From Octopus vulgaris (lineage: Eukaryota), in NCBI GenBank assembly GCA_951406725.2, contig OX597832.1, positions 40,796,001-40,860,000 on the forward strand: a DNA stretch of 64,000 nt, in the 5' to 3' direction. Below the pieces are notes generated by a model that saw nothing but the letters and a program-made list of their open reading frames with translations, did no database searches and was not told where the DNA came from. The position numbers and the translations under genes were made by a program. Below are positions 51,382-64,000 of the stretch, one piece after another. The first letter of the stretch is position 1, and every line of letters starts with the position of its first letter.

Positions 51382-53229
51382 AGAAGAAAGTATTTATGTG
51401 TGTAATATGTAATTATAAATATGTGTGTGTGTATATATATATATATATATGTGTGTGTGTATTACACACACATTTGTATGTGTATATATATACACGCACA
51501 ATCATGCATGCACACACACACACACACACGCACGAGATATAGTTTGATAGATGAGAGAAGATACTCGTCCATGTTCCGGAGTATATTTGTGTGTATGAAG
51601 CCAGTGTTTCACTTGCGTTTGGTATTTAATATAATCGTGTCTCCAATGATTGCCCTACAGCTGCCCTCCCCGTGTCTCATCACCACTTCTAGGACCAGGC
51701 TATGTGTTACTAATGTAAAAGACAACTTGCTGGGTATTTTGCTGATAACCATGCTGAGCTTTTAATATCTGCTTTTACTAAGGAATATTCAGCCACAATA
51801 TGCATCAAACAAAGTCATTTTTAACAAACACAATTCTTGCTTTTTAAAACATTTTGTTTCTTTATTTATTTATTCATTTATTTTTATAAAATGTTCGTTA
51901 ATTAACATGACTGGTTTGTGTTTTCTTCATTTTTAATTCAGGCTTTTTTAACATTTAAAAATATTTTTTCAACTTTCTTTTTGTCTCTCACACCAGCCTC
52001 GCCTGGCCCCCATGACGGTGGCATGTAAAAAGCACCATCCAATCGTGGCCGTTTGCCAGCCTCGTCTGGCACCTGTGCCGGTGGCACGTAAAAAGCACCC
52101 ACTACACTCACGGAGTGGTTGGCGTTAGGAAGGGCATCCAGCTGTAGAAACACTGCCAGATCAGACTGGGCCTGGTGCAGCCTTCTGGCTTCCCAGACCC
52201 CGGTCGAACCGTCCAACCCATGCTAGCATGGAAAGCGGACGCTAAACGATGATGATGATGACACTTGGTACTGGTGCCTGTTGTAGAAAGCACCTAAGTA
52301 TCCTCTGTAGAGTGGTTGTCATTAGGAAGGGCATCCAGTCAAAGAAACCAATCCAAACCAGACAGTAGAGCTTGGTGCCATCCTCTGGGTTGCCAGCTCC
52401 TCTCAAACTGTCTAGCACCACACACTAGCATGGGAAGTGGATATTAAGTGGTGGTGGTGGTGGTGGTGACGATGATGGTGATGGTGGTGATGGTGATCTC
52501 TCCCCTTATTCTGAACATGGGTTTGATTAATATGCATTATCTGACATTTACTTGAACACTTGGAATGGCCTTTACAACAGTCTGACCTTTTCCATACTCA
52601 CCTCCCCCCCCCCCGCGCTTAAGAGGTTGAACGGAGAGTAGACGGAACTATGTGACCTACTCAGAGATGTAACATAGTGTCGTTTCTGGTGTGCACATAT
52701 TTCTGTCCCTCTACGTGTGCATACATGTACACATCTGTTTATATAAGAGAAACTACAGACATGTGTGTGTTAACAGTGATACACTAAGCTTGCAGAGCTC
52801 TAGGCTACATGTTTATAGCATGCAGTCTCCTGTCTGATTGTATCCAAGTTAACACTTGGGTCAACATTAATGTTCGTTACTGCAGAAAGTAATGTCCATA
52901 ATAAAAAAAATGGACATAATTCTTCTTCATGTCCTTCTCTGTCTGCCCATTTTCAGAAGGGCCATTGACTCTTCTGAGTTCCTCTGCCCTTTCCTGGGTT
53001 TTGTTTTTAATCCTGCAGGATGTCAGAAATCCGCTCTTCCCACCAAGCAACTTTAGTTGCCAGTTTAGTTGCCAATAACTCGATGGTTTCACAATGCTGC
53101 TTTTTAATCATTCTGGGTAATTATTTTCTTGTTCACTACTATAGTTTCACAATTATTACTGCGCATATATTATTACTAGGAGGCCAAGGGGTCCTAATAT
53201 TGTTTCCCCTGATTTCTTTAGCCAAATAA

Positions 53230-54840
53230 TGGCAGATTTACAGCTGTAGTAGACTGTTTTCCTCATTGACAACACAGATCTCACATCCTATGAGACCTCT
53301 TCTTGCTTTGTTTCTATACACGCACAGTCTGTCAATGCAGTTCCTTGTTCCTTGTCATTAGATTCCTGAGTTTTCTATCCATTTCCACAAGCTTGTTTTT
53401 TTCGTCTATCTAACAACCCCTACACCATATCACATTAAGGAGACAGCCCATGTGTTCATTGCCCTGATCTTGTTCTTTTCATTGTGTCTACTTTCCATAA
53501 TTAATTTGGTTCTCCTGCGGTATTCTTGCCTAAAGCTTTCCTTCATCTCACTCTCTTTCGCTCTCCAAAATACTCAGATACTTATATCCATCCACCTCAA
53601 CATCCTTCATTCTTTCACTGTTGGGAGTTCTACACTGTCAAATGACAATACATTGCCTTTTCTTATGATAAGCAGCATACCACACTTTTTAATTCCAAAT
53701 GCTATCTTGATATCCTTACTGAATGTCTGCACTGTTGAGACCAGACCATTTATTTCATGCTCACTTTTACCAAAGATCTTTAAGTTATCCATATACAACA
53801 GGTGATTCAACTTTTCTCCTTTTTTCAAGGTGTGCTCCAATGTCACTTTCTGTAATATCTGCATGAAGGGTATCATACAAATCACAAACAGCTACGGTGA
53901 CAGACCATCTCCTTGAAGTGTGTCTCTTCTGATGTTAACCTTTGCCCCCAAATTCTCCGCATGATGCTAACTCAGTATTCCAGTTCCTCATTGATTTCCT
54001 GATAAAACTCAAAATGTTCTCAGACACCTATAATAATAATAAAAAGATTTTCTAAAATCTAGGAATTGGAGACCATATCATAAGCTTTCTCATAATTAAT
54101 CCACACCACTCCCTAATTCATATGTCTTTTCTTGCAGTCGTTCAACACCATTCTGCCTCTCAGAAGTTAATCTTTTTTCCCTCACCTTTTCCTTCTGTTC
54201 CGCTGACAGTTTGTCATTCATTTCCAGGAAGTCATACACACAATTAGATATTATTTCTGTCATCAACTTCCACATCAAGGGTAAGCAGGAGAATGGTCAG
54301 TAATTACTCACTGCATTACTTTTACTGGGGTACTTTTGGCAAAGAACTGTTTTCCCTGTGGTCATCCGCTTCAGGATCTCCTCCCTGTCAATCGTTTCAT
54401 CCATTTGACTGCTATTCTTTTGTGTAATGCTGGGGAAATTTTCAGACTGTATCTTTGTACCCCACCTGGGCCTGGATATTTCCAGTTTGAAACCTTTGGT
54501 ATCCTGTTTGGTCACCATTTCAGTTGTTATCCTTATATTGTTCTGTTTCACTTAGTTTTTCTCTGATCTTAATTCCTGCAACCATTCAGCATCTTTCATA
54601 TGATTCTTTCCATTATCTCAGGTGTTATTCCAAAACCTCCTACTTTCTCAGGTGCCAGGTTTCTCTCTGCTGTTAACCTTTCTGTTCAGCTGCTGATAAA
54701 CCCTTTTCTGATCCTGTTGGAACAATCTATTGATCGTATATATTGTTCAATTCTCTAATCGTGTCTCTTAATTCTTATAGCTTTAGCCTGTAGTCTTTGC
54801 TTCAACTCTTCAAGGACTACATTTAACCCGTTTTCCTTGT
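53230..54840 (-). mobile_element. Degenerate non-LTR retrotransposon reverse transcriptase (R4/Dong-like clade)
   Basis: QGDGLSP motif near 53900; LNHLLYMDNLKIFGKSEHEINGLVSTVQTFSKDIKIAFGIKKCG (YMDD box mutated); MWKLMT; several stops and frameshifts. Confidence 0.85.
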
Positions 54841-56865
54841 CTTTAATCCTGCAGGGTGGTCAAATAGTTAGAAAAAACACCCTTTGTAGGGCTGCCAGTT
54901 TAGTCTCTGACAACCTGACTTTTGTGATACAATTCCACGGCTTCAGTTGTGGTGGTGGTGAAGAGCTGAGTGTCATGTACCTGAGTTAATAGGGTACACA
55001 GACAGATGTAATGAGAAAAAAAGGGGTGGGGGACAAAGAAGGAAGGAAAAGGGATAAAAATCATGTTGTTTATGCTGTTATTATTTTCATTGTTCAGGTT
55101 ATCTTCTGCAGCCATTCTAACTCTGTTGTTGTTTTGCTCCGGTCTTCTGTAGTCATGATGGCTCTGTTGTTGTTGTCATTACTATTTTTAGAGCTGTTGT
55201 TTCTCATCTAGTTTTTGCTTCCTTCTGTAAACATTAAGGGATTGGACAGTTTTTCAGCCTGCTAGTTTAGCTGCTGCTACCCTATGTAGAGGAAGAATTC
55301 TAGAAGATAAGATGCCGTTACGTTCTGAGTTCAAATTCCGCCAAGGTCGACTTTGCCTTTCATCCTCTCGGGGTCGATTAAATAAATACCAGTTACGCAC
55401 TGGGATCGATATAATCAACTTAATCCATTTGTCTGTCCTTGTTTGTCCTCTCTGTGTTTAGCCCCTTGTAGGTAGTAAAGAAATTGGTATAGGGTTTAGT
55501 TTTTCTGTGTCTGGGGTGTGTAGAGTTTACTTGGTTTATAGGCTGTATTTGTGAAAAGGGTGAGGCATTTTAGCCTCCACCTTTCCAAATGGATCTGCCA
55601 TATTATTTTATATTATTCTGCTGAGTTTAGCTGTTTGATTGGTCTTATCAGAGACTGCTGCTGATGATGATGAATTACTTGGGGTACAACAGGACATGGT
55701 ATGAGAATAGTATTTTGGGGATGATCCTCCTCCCTCCTCCCCCTCCTTCTCCTCCAAGTCCTCAGTTCTCCATTTTGAGCAGTTAATGACTACAAAATAT
55801 TTAAAAGTGGAGTAAAATTGGTTTTGCTGTGAGAAAGCGGATAAATCTGACATTTTGGGTAAAAATCCTAGATGAAAATACCAGTAATATATTGAGACTT
55901 ACCATTTACAGTAAAACCCTTCATTAGAGGATGCAAGTAATAGTATGTCAGGGATTGATTCAGTCAGTTTTCTGGCATCCCACCTCCTCTTTTAGATGTG
56001 GGTATAGTTTGTATAATGAGGAAGTTTGCTTTGCATTCATGTGGTTCCATGTTTATTCCTGTTGTGTTGTTGCATCTTGCGCAAGTGTCTTCTACCCCAG
56101 CATCAGGTTCATTCCCATCTTGAGAGTGAAACTACATAGAATCCCTTTGGATGTTCTTGAATGGTAGACCTAACTTGTCGCTCACTTTCGTGCTGCCGCC
56201 GCCACCACTACTACCACCACCACTACTGCCATCTCCACCTGTCCCTTGTGGGCTTTTAGCAGAGTTCCGCTCTGTTGTTGCAAATATTCCAACCAAAATT
56301 CTGGTTGAAGGACAACACAAGAGTTGTGCTTTCTCTTCCCCCCACCCCAAGTCATCGCAAATAAATGCCTTTCATCTGCTGAGACAGAAAGAAATAAAAA
56401 CTGGTTTTGTCCCCGAAAGAGAAGTCTTTATTGTTTTTTTAAATCCCAGAGTTTTGATAATCGTCTTCATTTCACCCCCCCCCCCTCATCATCTTTATAA
56501 CTGTCATCACATCAACACCGACACCATCATCACCACTGCCTCCATCATCGCCAGCACCACCACAACCATTGTCGTCATTGCCAGTATCACCATCCATCAT
56601 CACTACCATCACCACCATCACTGCTACCACCACCAGCTGCACCACCTCCACCACCACCACCACCATCGTTGCCAGTATCAATACCACCACTACCATCATT
56701 ATCTTTGACCACTGCTACTATTATCGTCATCATCATCCTCACTGTCATCACCACCATCAGCACCACTATCAGTACAACTACCACCACTACTGTTCATCAT
56801 CATCATCACCCCCCCTCCTTATTTCGTCCCCCTCCTATCAAAAATCTCCAACCTTATTGTTCCAG

Positions 56866-56986
56866 GTATCAGCAGTTCAATTGCTGGCCGTCTTGCAGGT
56901 GGCAGCTTTATCAGTCAGGTGTTGTTGGCCAATGCAGATGCATTATGTGCTGCAGCTTCTCCACTCATTGAAGAAGATATCCATCT
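56866..56986 (+). CDS. DGKH: DGK exon, end of insert
   Basis: ttccag|...|gtaagt; (G)ISSSIAGRLAGGSFISQVLLANADALCAAASPLIEEDIH(L), like AGSSII.KMLLAN.D; phase 1-2. Confidence 0.9.
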
Positions 56987-57045
56987 GTAAGTATATTTTC
57001 TATCCCACTCTCTCTCTCTCTCTTCCTTTCTCTCTCATTTGACGT

Positions 57046-57512
57046 TTAACCCTTTTGTTACTGTATTTATTTTGAGATGTTCTGTGTTTCTTTCAATTAC
57101 TTAAAATCTAACAAAGATGTCTTGCAAACAACTTGCACATGCAAGTGCTACCAGTTAAAAGCTCCGTATTCCGGAAGCTAGCAAGTGTATGGGGTCATCA
57201 GGAGAGAATGCGTGCCGTTTCGGGGCCTACCTCTCGACGGCATCAATGCGCACTGGCCCCCCCTCACTGATATGAGGCCCCACTTGCTAGATCAGCTGGT
57301 TATGAAGTTAAACTCAATATACTTCTAGCCATCGCTCATCGTCTCTTTTTAACCAAATACAGTAAAATAACTTAGTTATCATTAAGCTTGTGTTAGGAAC
57401 ATAAATTGTGACTAAGGTTTGGTGGAAGATTTTAATTCAAAACTTAAGGAAACAAGATATTTGTACTCAGAGCCAGAGGCAGTTTCAGGCGGGTTGGTAA
57501 CGAAAGGGTTAA
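57046..57512. mobile_element. piggyBac-like MITE, inverted copy carrying an insert of about 240 bp
   Basis: Reverse complement of the same family, with foreign sequence at about 57118-57360. Confidence 0.85.
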
Positions 57513-58858
57513 GGAACATATCTTAAGTATAACCCATGTTCTTTCTGCTTTGGGGCCTGCTATGCCACATAAACAACACATCTGAAATACAAAAGAAAAA
57601 CAAGAAAAGTTTTAAATTGAAGATGGTTATGAGTGTTATGTGTGTGGGTGTGCATGTGTGTATCTATATATGTATCTGTGTGTTTCTCTATTTGTGTGTG
57701 CATCTGAATGCTACTACATGTGAAGATACATGGCTTAGTGGTTAGGGTATTTGGCTTGAGATTGTAAGGTCATGAGTTCAATTCCCAGCAGCACGCCGTG
57801 TCTTTGAGCAAGACACTTTATTTCTCGTTGCTCTGGTTCACTCACCTGGCAAAAACAAAGTAGTAACTGTATTGCAAAGGGCCAACCTTGTTACATTCTG
57901 CCATGCTGAATTTCTTCGGGAACTATATTAAGGGTACGTGTGTCTGTGGAGTTCTCAACCACTTTCACGTTAATCTCACTAGCAGGCTGTTCAGTTGATC
58001 AGATCAATTGGAACCCTCCTCGTAATCTTAGTTAGCCCAAGGCCATAGTAGAAGACACTCGCCTAAAGTGTCATGCAGTGTATTTGAACCTGCAACGATG
58101 CGGTTGAGAAGCAAACTTCTTACCACACGGTCACACTTGCATCTTATGTTCTGAGTTCAAATTCAGCTGAAATTGACTTAGTCTTTCATCTTTCGGGGGT
58201 TGGTAACATAAATACCAGTTGAGCACTTGGGGTTGATGTAATTGTGTAACCTCCTCCCATCGAAATTACTGACCTATTGCCAAAATTTGAAATCATCATA
58301 ATGTTTTGATAAATGGTATTTCTTTGTTTAAGACGGGCGAGTTGGCAGAAACGTTAGCACACCGGGCGAAATGCTTAGCGGTATTTCATCTGCCGTTATG
58401 TTCTAAGTTCAAATTCCGTCGAGGTCGACTTTGCCTTTCATCCTTTCGGGGTCGATTAAATAAGTACCAGTTACGCACTGGGGTCGATATAATCAACTTA
58501 ATCCGTATGTCTGTTCTTATTTGTTCCCTCTGTGTTTAGCCCCTTGTGGGTAGTAAAGAAATAGGTATTTCTTTGTTTAGACTCTTTAACAAATTTTACA
58601 TTCACCCTGGGGACCACTTTTTCTGCTAAGTATCTTGTATGTGTAAGATTTACAGGAGTTACATGTAAGATTACTCGTACCAGACACACTATTCAGAATT
58701 GTCATATTTTTTAAGTTAAAAAGTTTGTCTGTATAAGGCTTGTTGAGTAAAGAAACAGTTGAAAACAGATTTGGTTGGTGAGTGCAAAAGGTGTGATGAG
58801 TTTCAATGAAGTATTTATATTCCTTTTTATTTATTTCTTATTTGGTTTAATTTTTCAG

Positions 58859-58969
58859 TGAAGAATATACAGAAAAATGTGTGATGAATAACTATTTTGG
58901 AATAGGGCTTGATGCCAAAATTTCTTTAGATTTCCATTTGAAAAGAGAAGAACATCCAGAGAAGTGCAG
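58859..58969 (+). CDS. DGKH: DGK accessory domain exon
   Basis: tttcag|...|gtttgt; [36 protein letters not shown](R); phase 2-2. Confidence 0.96.
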
Positions 58970-59810
58970 GTTTGTATTCTATTCCACTTTTTTTTTTTTT
59001 TTTTTTTTGCAGTTTCTAAGAAAAAAATTTTCAGAATCATCATCATCACCGCTCTCATTGTTGTCATCATTATCATCAAATGTTATTTTAAATAATTTTT
59101 CTATGGCAACTGAGCCTTTCATGAGAGTCAACTTCACCATATCATCCAACTTTTTGGTGGGTTGATAAATAAAGTACCAGTCTCAGACAGTAGACTGGCA
59201 GAATTGGAATTGTTAGAGCATTGAACAAGATGCCACGCAGTACCTATTCTGGTTCTGTGCACCCTGAGTTAAAACCTGCATCCTGTCAGCAGAATAAAAG
59301 AACAGTGACATTTCTGTCAGAAATTGTAGCTGACAGCATCTGCAAAGAAAAAGCCAAAAGAAACACACTTTCTTTGGATAGATCAAAGGATCGGCTGTCA
59401 CCATGACAACAGTTCGACTCTTGTGTTAATATTACTGCCAAACTGTTTCAATATTGGTCTTTTCTTTTTACAACTTGTATTTCTTAGGGTGAGCGCCTAC
59501 TATGGACAAAAGCCAGTTCTTTGTACCATTCTTAACCATCTTGCTCAGACTTGAGTCTTGGATCAGTCTCATTAATGACTAAAAGATACCAAAAATAAAC
59601 ATTACCATGTGACACACAATTTTGCAATAAGGTTTTTTTTTTTTTTTGTGTGTGTTTTTGCAAGCATCACAATTTTTTTGTCCTCTCTTCTACAAAATTC
59701 TCAAACGTTAACTATTTCAGCCTAATTCTATTTTTTGTGAACCTTTACTTATCGACTGGAAAGAGTTTCTATGGCAGCTTGTAGTTACATTGGCATCTAA
59801 AATAAGTTGC

Positions 59811-60076
59811 AATCAAATTTCACAATATAGATATATAAAATATAAATTAGAGATAAAACCACTATTATGCAACTCAAACAGGGATAGACATAAACCAAAA
59901 CATAAATAACAAATAAAATATATTTTTATAAAACATATAACTAGATCTCAAAAAGTATAAAAATGAATAATCAGTATATAATATACTTTTGGTTTATGTC
60001 TATCACTGTTTCAGTTGCATAATAGTGGTTTTATCTCTAATTTATATTTTATATAGTTATATTGTGAAATTTGATT
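59811..60076. repeat. Fold-back element, arms of about 90 bp
   Basis: 59811-59900 is the near reverse complement of 59987-60076. Confidence 0.92.
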
Positions 60077-60243
60077 TAATACTAAATTGAATTTTTCCCT
60101 GTAAGTTTGGAGTTATACTCCCTATTATTATATATATATATGAAGTAGGTTGTTGTTATTGTGATTAATGCTATTGTTGCAGTTGTCGTTGTGGTCTTTG
60201 TAATACCCAGTTCCTCAATGAAGTGTAATGTTCTATGTTCCAG

Positions 60244-60402
60244 GAGCAGGACCAAAAATTTCATGTGGTACAGTGTGCTGGGAGGTAAAGAAATATTGCA
60301 ACGAACCTTTAAAAACCTGGACCAACGTGTCCAGCTGGAGTGTGATGGCCAGCGTATACCACTGCCCAGCTTACAGGGCATTGTTATACTGAATATCCCC
60401 AG
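60244..60402 (+). CDS. DGKH: DGK accessory domain exon
   Basis: ttccag|...|gtaagt; [52 protein letters not shown](S); phase 2-2. Confidence 0.96.
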
Positions 60403-60734
60403 GTAAGTGCCTCTGTTCACTCCTCTTACTGGTCTTGTGACAGTGACTCCGGCAATGGTGCCGTTGGTTACTATTAAGTGTTGGGAAATGGTGATAATGT
60501 AGTTGGTAATAGTGGTGGGGGTGGTTAGTATCAGGGTTAGGGGTGGAAGCGGTAGAATTGTTTTGTAATGTTTGTAGTGAAGGTAGTGTCAGGCTGTTGC
60601 GAAGCTTGCGGTAAAGGTAGATGGAAGGAGATTGGAGTGTTGCAACCATAAAATTTCTCCAGACTGATTTTTCATTTGTGTGTCATCGATGGTGGCAGTG
60701 ATGAAGTTCTTCACACGACAGGAAATGGGGAGTT

Positions 60735-61510
60735 TTTTATTTCTTTATTGCCCACAAGGGGCTAAACATAGAGAGGACGGACAAAAGGATTAAGTCGATT
60801 AAATCGACCCCAGTGCATAACTGGTACTTAATTTATCGACCCCGAAAGGATGAAAGGTAAAGTCAACCTCGGCGGAATTAGAACTCAGAACGTAGCGGCA
60901 GACGAAATACCCATTTCTTTACTACCCACAAGGGGCTAAACACAGAGAGGACAAATAAGGACAGACAAAGGGATTAAGTCAATTACATCGACTCCAGTGC
61001 ATAACTGGTACTTAATTTATCAACCCCGAAAGGATGAAAGGCAAAATCAACCTCAGTGAAATTTGAACTCAGAACGTAGCGGCAGACGAAATACCCATTT
61101 CTTTACTACCCACAAGGGGCTAAACACAGAGAGGACAAATAAGGACAGACAAAGGGATTAAGTCAATTACATCGACCCCAGTGCATAACTGGTACTTAAT
61201 TTATCGACCCCGAAAGGATGAAAGGCAAAGTCAACCTCAGTGAAATTTGAACTCAGAACGTAGCGGCAGACGAAATACCCATTTCTTTACTACCCACAAG
61301 GGGCTAAACACAAAGAGAAAAATAAGGACAGACAAAGGGATTAAGTCGATTACATCGACCCCAGTGCATAACTGGTACTTAATTTATCGACCCCGAAAGG
61401 ATGAAAGGTAAAGTCAACTTCGGCGGAATTTGAACTCAGAACGTAACAGCAGACGAAATACCGCCAAGCATTTCACCCGGCACGCTAACGTTTCTGCCTG
61501 CTCGCCGCCT
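60735..61510 (-). mobile_element. SINE family B head-to-tail tetramer
   Basis: Four body units of about 180 bp plus one head ending near 61510. Confidence 0.9.
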
Positions 61511-62728
61511 TTATACACACACACACACACACATTTGTGTTTGTGTGTGTGTACGTATACACACGTGTGCACACACAATGTTGTATAGATTTTGTGTTTC
61601 TTGAATTTTTTATTCAAAGACCTCTTGAATTTATTTTCATTAACTACACTCGCGGAGTGGTTGGCGTTAGGAAGGGCATCCAGCCGTAGAAACACTGCCA
61701 GATCTGACTGGGCCTGACGAAGCCTTCCAGCTTCACAGACCCCAGTTGACCCGTCCAACCCATGCTAGCATGGAAAGCGGACGCTAAACGATGATGATGA
61801 TGAATGTTGTAGTATCAGATGCTATGTTTTTTTCCCTCTTACCTGTTATTTTCTTTAGATAGAAATGCTTTAGAAGAAAGCTTAAACTAACCTTATTGAC
61901 TGCTTCTGTTTATTAGTTTTCTACGCGAAGCTGTTTACCTTTCAAGTTTCTCTTTTTATCTTGCGCTTGTCTGTTACACCATTGGCCAAATGTATTTATT
62001 TGTCTGCTCAAACAAACTATTCTATCATTATTTGAATTCAGATTTTTTTTCAATTTACTGATTGATAAACTTACAGTAAATATATGTATTTGCATTTCTC
62101 AGATAAAGAGTTTGTACACACAGACACACATTTATTAAAATATGAGGCATCCCACTGTTGCTAAGGACATTAGCAACATAAGTGAAGTGACGTAGCTTTC
62201 GCAGGAATTGAAACCACATCAGTTTCATCTTGCCAGGAACTCATCTTCGTGTCTACAAATCTCACCTAATAGAAATAGAAATAACGGTTTCTAATTTAGG
62301 CTTAAGGCTAGCAATTTTTGAGGAGAGATAATTAGAGAGGAAATATTGATCTTTGTACTTCATTTTATCGAACTTAGGTGAATGAATGGTAAAGCCAACC
62401 TTGGTGAGATTTGAACTCAGAATGTAAAGAACCGTAACAAATACTACAAGGCATTTTTCTGATGCTCTGATGATTCTACCCATTTCCTGTCTTTAGAAAT
62501 AATTATAATAATGGTTTCAAAATTTGGCACAACTTCAGGGGTGGGGTTAAGTTGATTACATCAACCCCAGTGCTCCACTGGTACCTATTTTATCAACCCT
62601 GACAAGATAAAAGCAAAGTCGGCTTCAGTGGAATTTGAACTCAGGACGTAAAGCCAGAAGAAATGTTGTTAAGCATTTTACCCAGCAGCATGCTAACGAT
62701 TCTGCCAACTTGCTGCCTTAGAAATGAA

Positions 62729-62760
<32 letters not shown>

Positions 62761-63393
62761 TGATTTCATTGTATCTTAGGAAGGTCATTATACCATTAAT
62801 AAACCCATATTTTGGTTCTTTCTTTTTTATTATTTATTAATTTAACATTTAACCATTTAACTAATTGATTGCTTGATTAATTACTTGGTCATTCAATCAA
62901 TCAACTAAGTTTGTCAAAGTCCTTTCATCATCATTCTCAACTTTGCCCATGGCATTCCCCCTCTACTCTCTAATCCAGGTTTTTGCTTCAGATCTGCGTG
63001 ACCTTCCCAAGATACAATGAAATCTGTTTCAACACACGAGTTCATGTCAAGACTCCTGCAACCAAATACAATAACAAAACAATTTCTTTTGATTGATTAA
63101 TTTTTGGTTTTGTACATGTCTTAATACAATGGTTATGGTTTTAAAACGGTGACGTGGATTTTGTAATGCAATGGTTACGTTTAATATGTTTCATCTCACC
63201 TTGTATACTGTTGCTATAGAGTGTCAACCTAATTAATCACAAGAGTTCATATTGAATTACTTGGTGAGATGTGAACCTGGTTACGAATAACCAAACTAGT
63301 GTATTGTGTCATCTTGACCATATTGTTGTTGTTTCTACTGCATTGTGGCATCTTAGTCATGTTTTTATTTTGATTAATTCTTCTGTTTTCCAG

Positions 63394-63439
63394 TTATATG
63401 GGTGGTGCCAACTTTTGGGGAGGGACCAAGGAAGATGAC
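63394..63439 (+). CDS. DGKH: DGK accessory domain exon; gene continues beyond window
   Basis: ttccag|...|gtaagt; YMGGANFWGGTKEDD; phase 2-0. Confidence 0.94.
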
Positions 63440-63496
63440 GTAAGTATGATTTGGAAGATGTCTTAGTTTTGTGTTTGTGGCTCTCTTTCCTACTCT

Positions 63497-63897
63497 CTCT
63501 TTTTACTCTGTTACTTGTTTCAGTCATTTGACTGTGGCCATGCTGGAGCACCGCCTTTAGTCGAGCAAATCGACCCCAGGACTTATTCTTTGTAAGCCTA
63601 GTACTTATTCTATCGGTCTCTTTTGCTGAACCGCTAAATTACGGTGATGTAAACACACCAGCATCGGTTGTCAAGTGATGTTGGGGGGACAAACACAGAC
63701 ACACAAACATATGCACACATATATATCTATACATATGTACGGCAGGCTTCTTTCAGTTTCCGTCTACCAAATCCACTCACAAGGCTTTGGTCAACCCGAG
63801 GCTATAGTAGAAGACACTTGCCAAAGGTGCCATGCAGTGGGACCGAACCCGGAACCATGTGGTTGGTAAACAAGCTACTTACCACACAGCCACTCCT
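63497..63897 (-). mobile_element. SINE family A copy
   Basis: Reverse complement of 6851-7275. Confidence 0.88.
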
Positions 63898-64000
63898 ACG
63901 CCTTGAAAGTGACCCAAGGTCTGGATATCCTGCAACTGCCATCACCAAAGAAAGCTTTGCTTGTCTTCAGCCCATGGTGATGGATGACAGGCAATTGACT

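Noticed and set aside
51661-51733. Possible extra DGK exon (ctacag|...|gtattt)
   Set aside because: In the required phase 1 it contains a TAG and its length of 73 nt breaks frame; weak sites
56151-57042. His/Thr/Pro-rich ORFs
   Set aside because: (CAC/CAT)n low-complexity intron sequence; the only real coding part is the exon 56866-56986, in a different frame from the 157-aa ORF
60735-61510. Retrozyme interpretation of the 180-bp tandem units
   Set aside because: No CUGANGA...GAAA hammerhead core found on either strand of the unit

Overview
This is an AT-rich, microsatellite- and SINE-dense animal genomic window. The repeat families and (TA)n/(CA)n load suggest an octopus or other coleoid cephalopod, which is inferred and not proven. 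The + strand carries the middle of a type II diacylglycerol kinase gene (DGK delta/eta-like). I could splice 20 GT-AG exons from 12037 to 63439 by hand in consistent phase, covering the end of the PH domain, C1A, C1B, the catalytic domain (GGDG, [11 protein letters not shown]), the long insert and the start of the accessory domain. There is also one candidate cassette exon. The gene's N- and C-termini lie outside the window. Introns hold Helitron, mariner, Tigger/pogo, CR1-group, RTE and R4/Dong remnants, piggyBac-like and hAT MITEs, and several SINE families. The most notable observations are: (1) several short elements carrying Penelope-type minimal hammerhead ribozyme motifs, one fused behind a tRNA-like head; (2) many fold-back elements able to form dsRNA, one just upstream of a genomic Ser codon that A-to-I editing would restore to a family-conserved Gly; (3) two partial exon duplications creating decoy splice sites, one joined through telomere-like repeats; (4) a candidate antisense coding exon. 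All calls were made by eye without alignment or folding tools.
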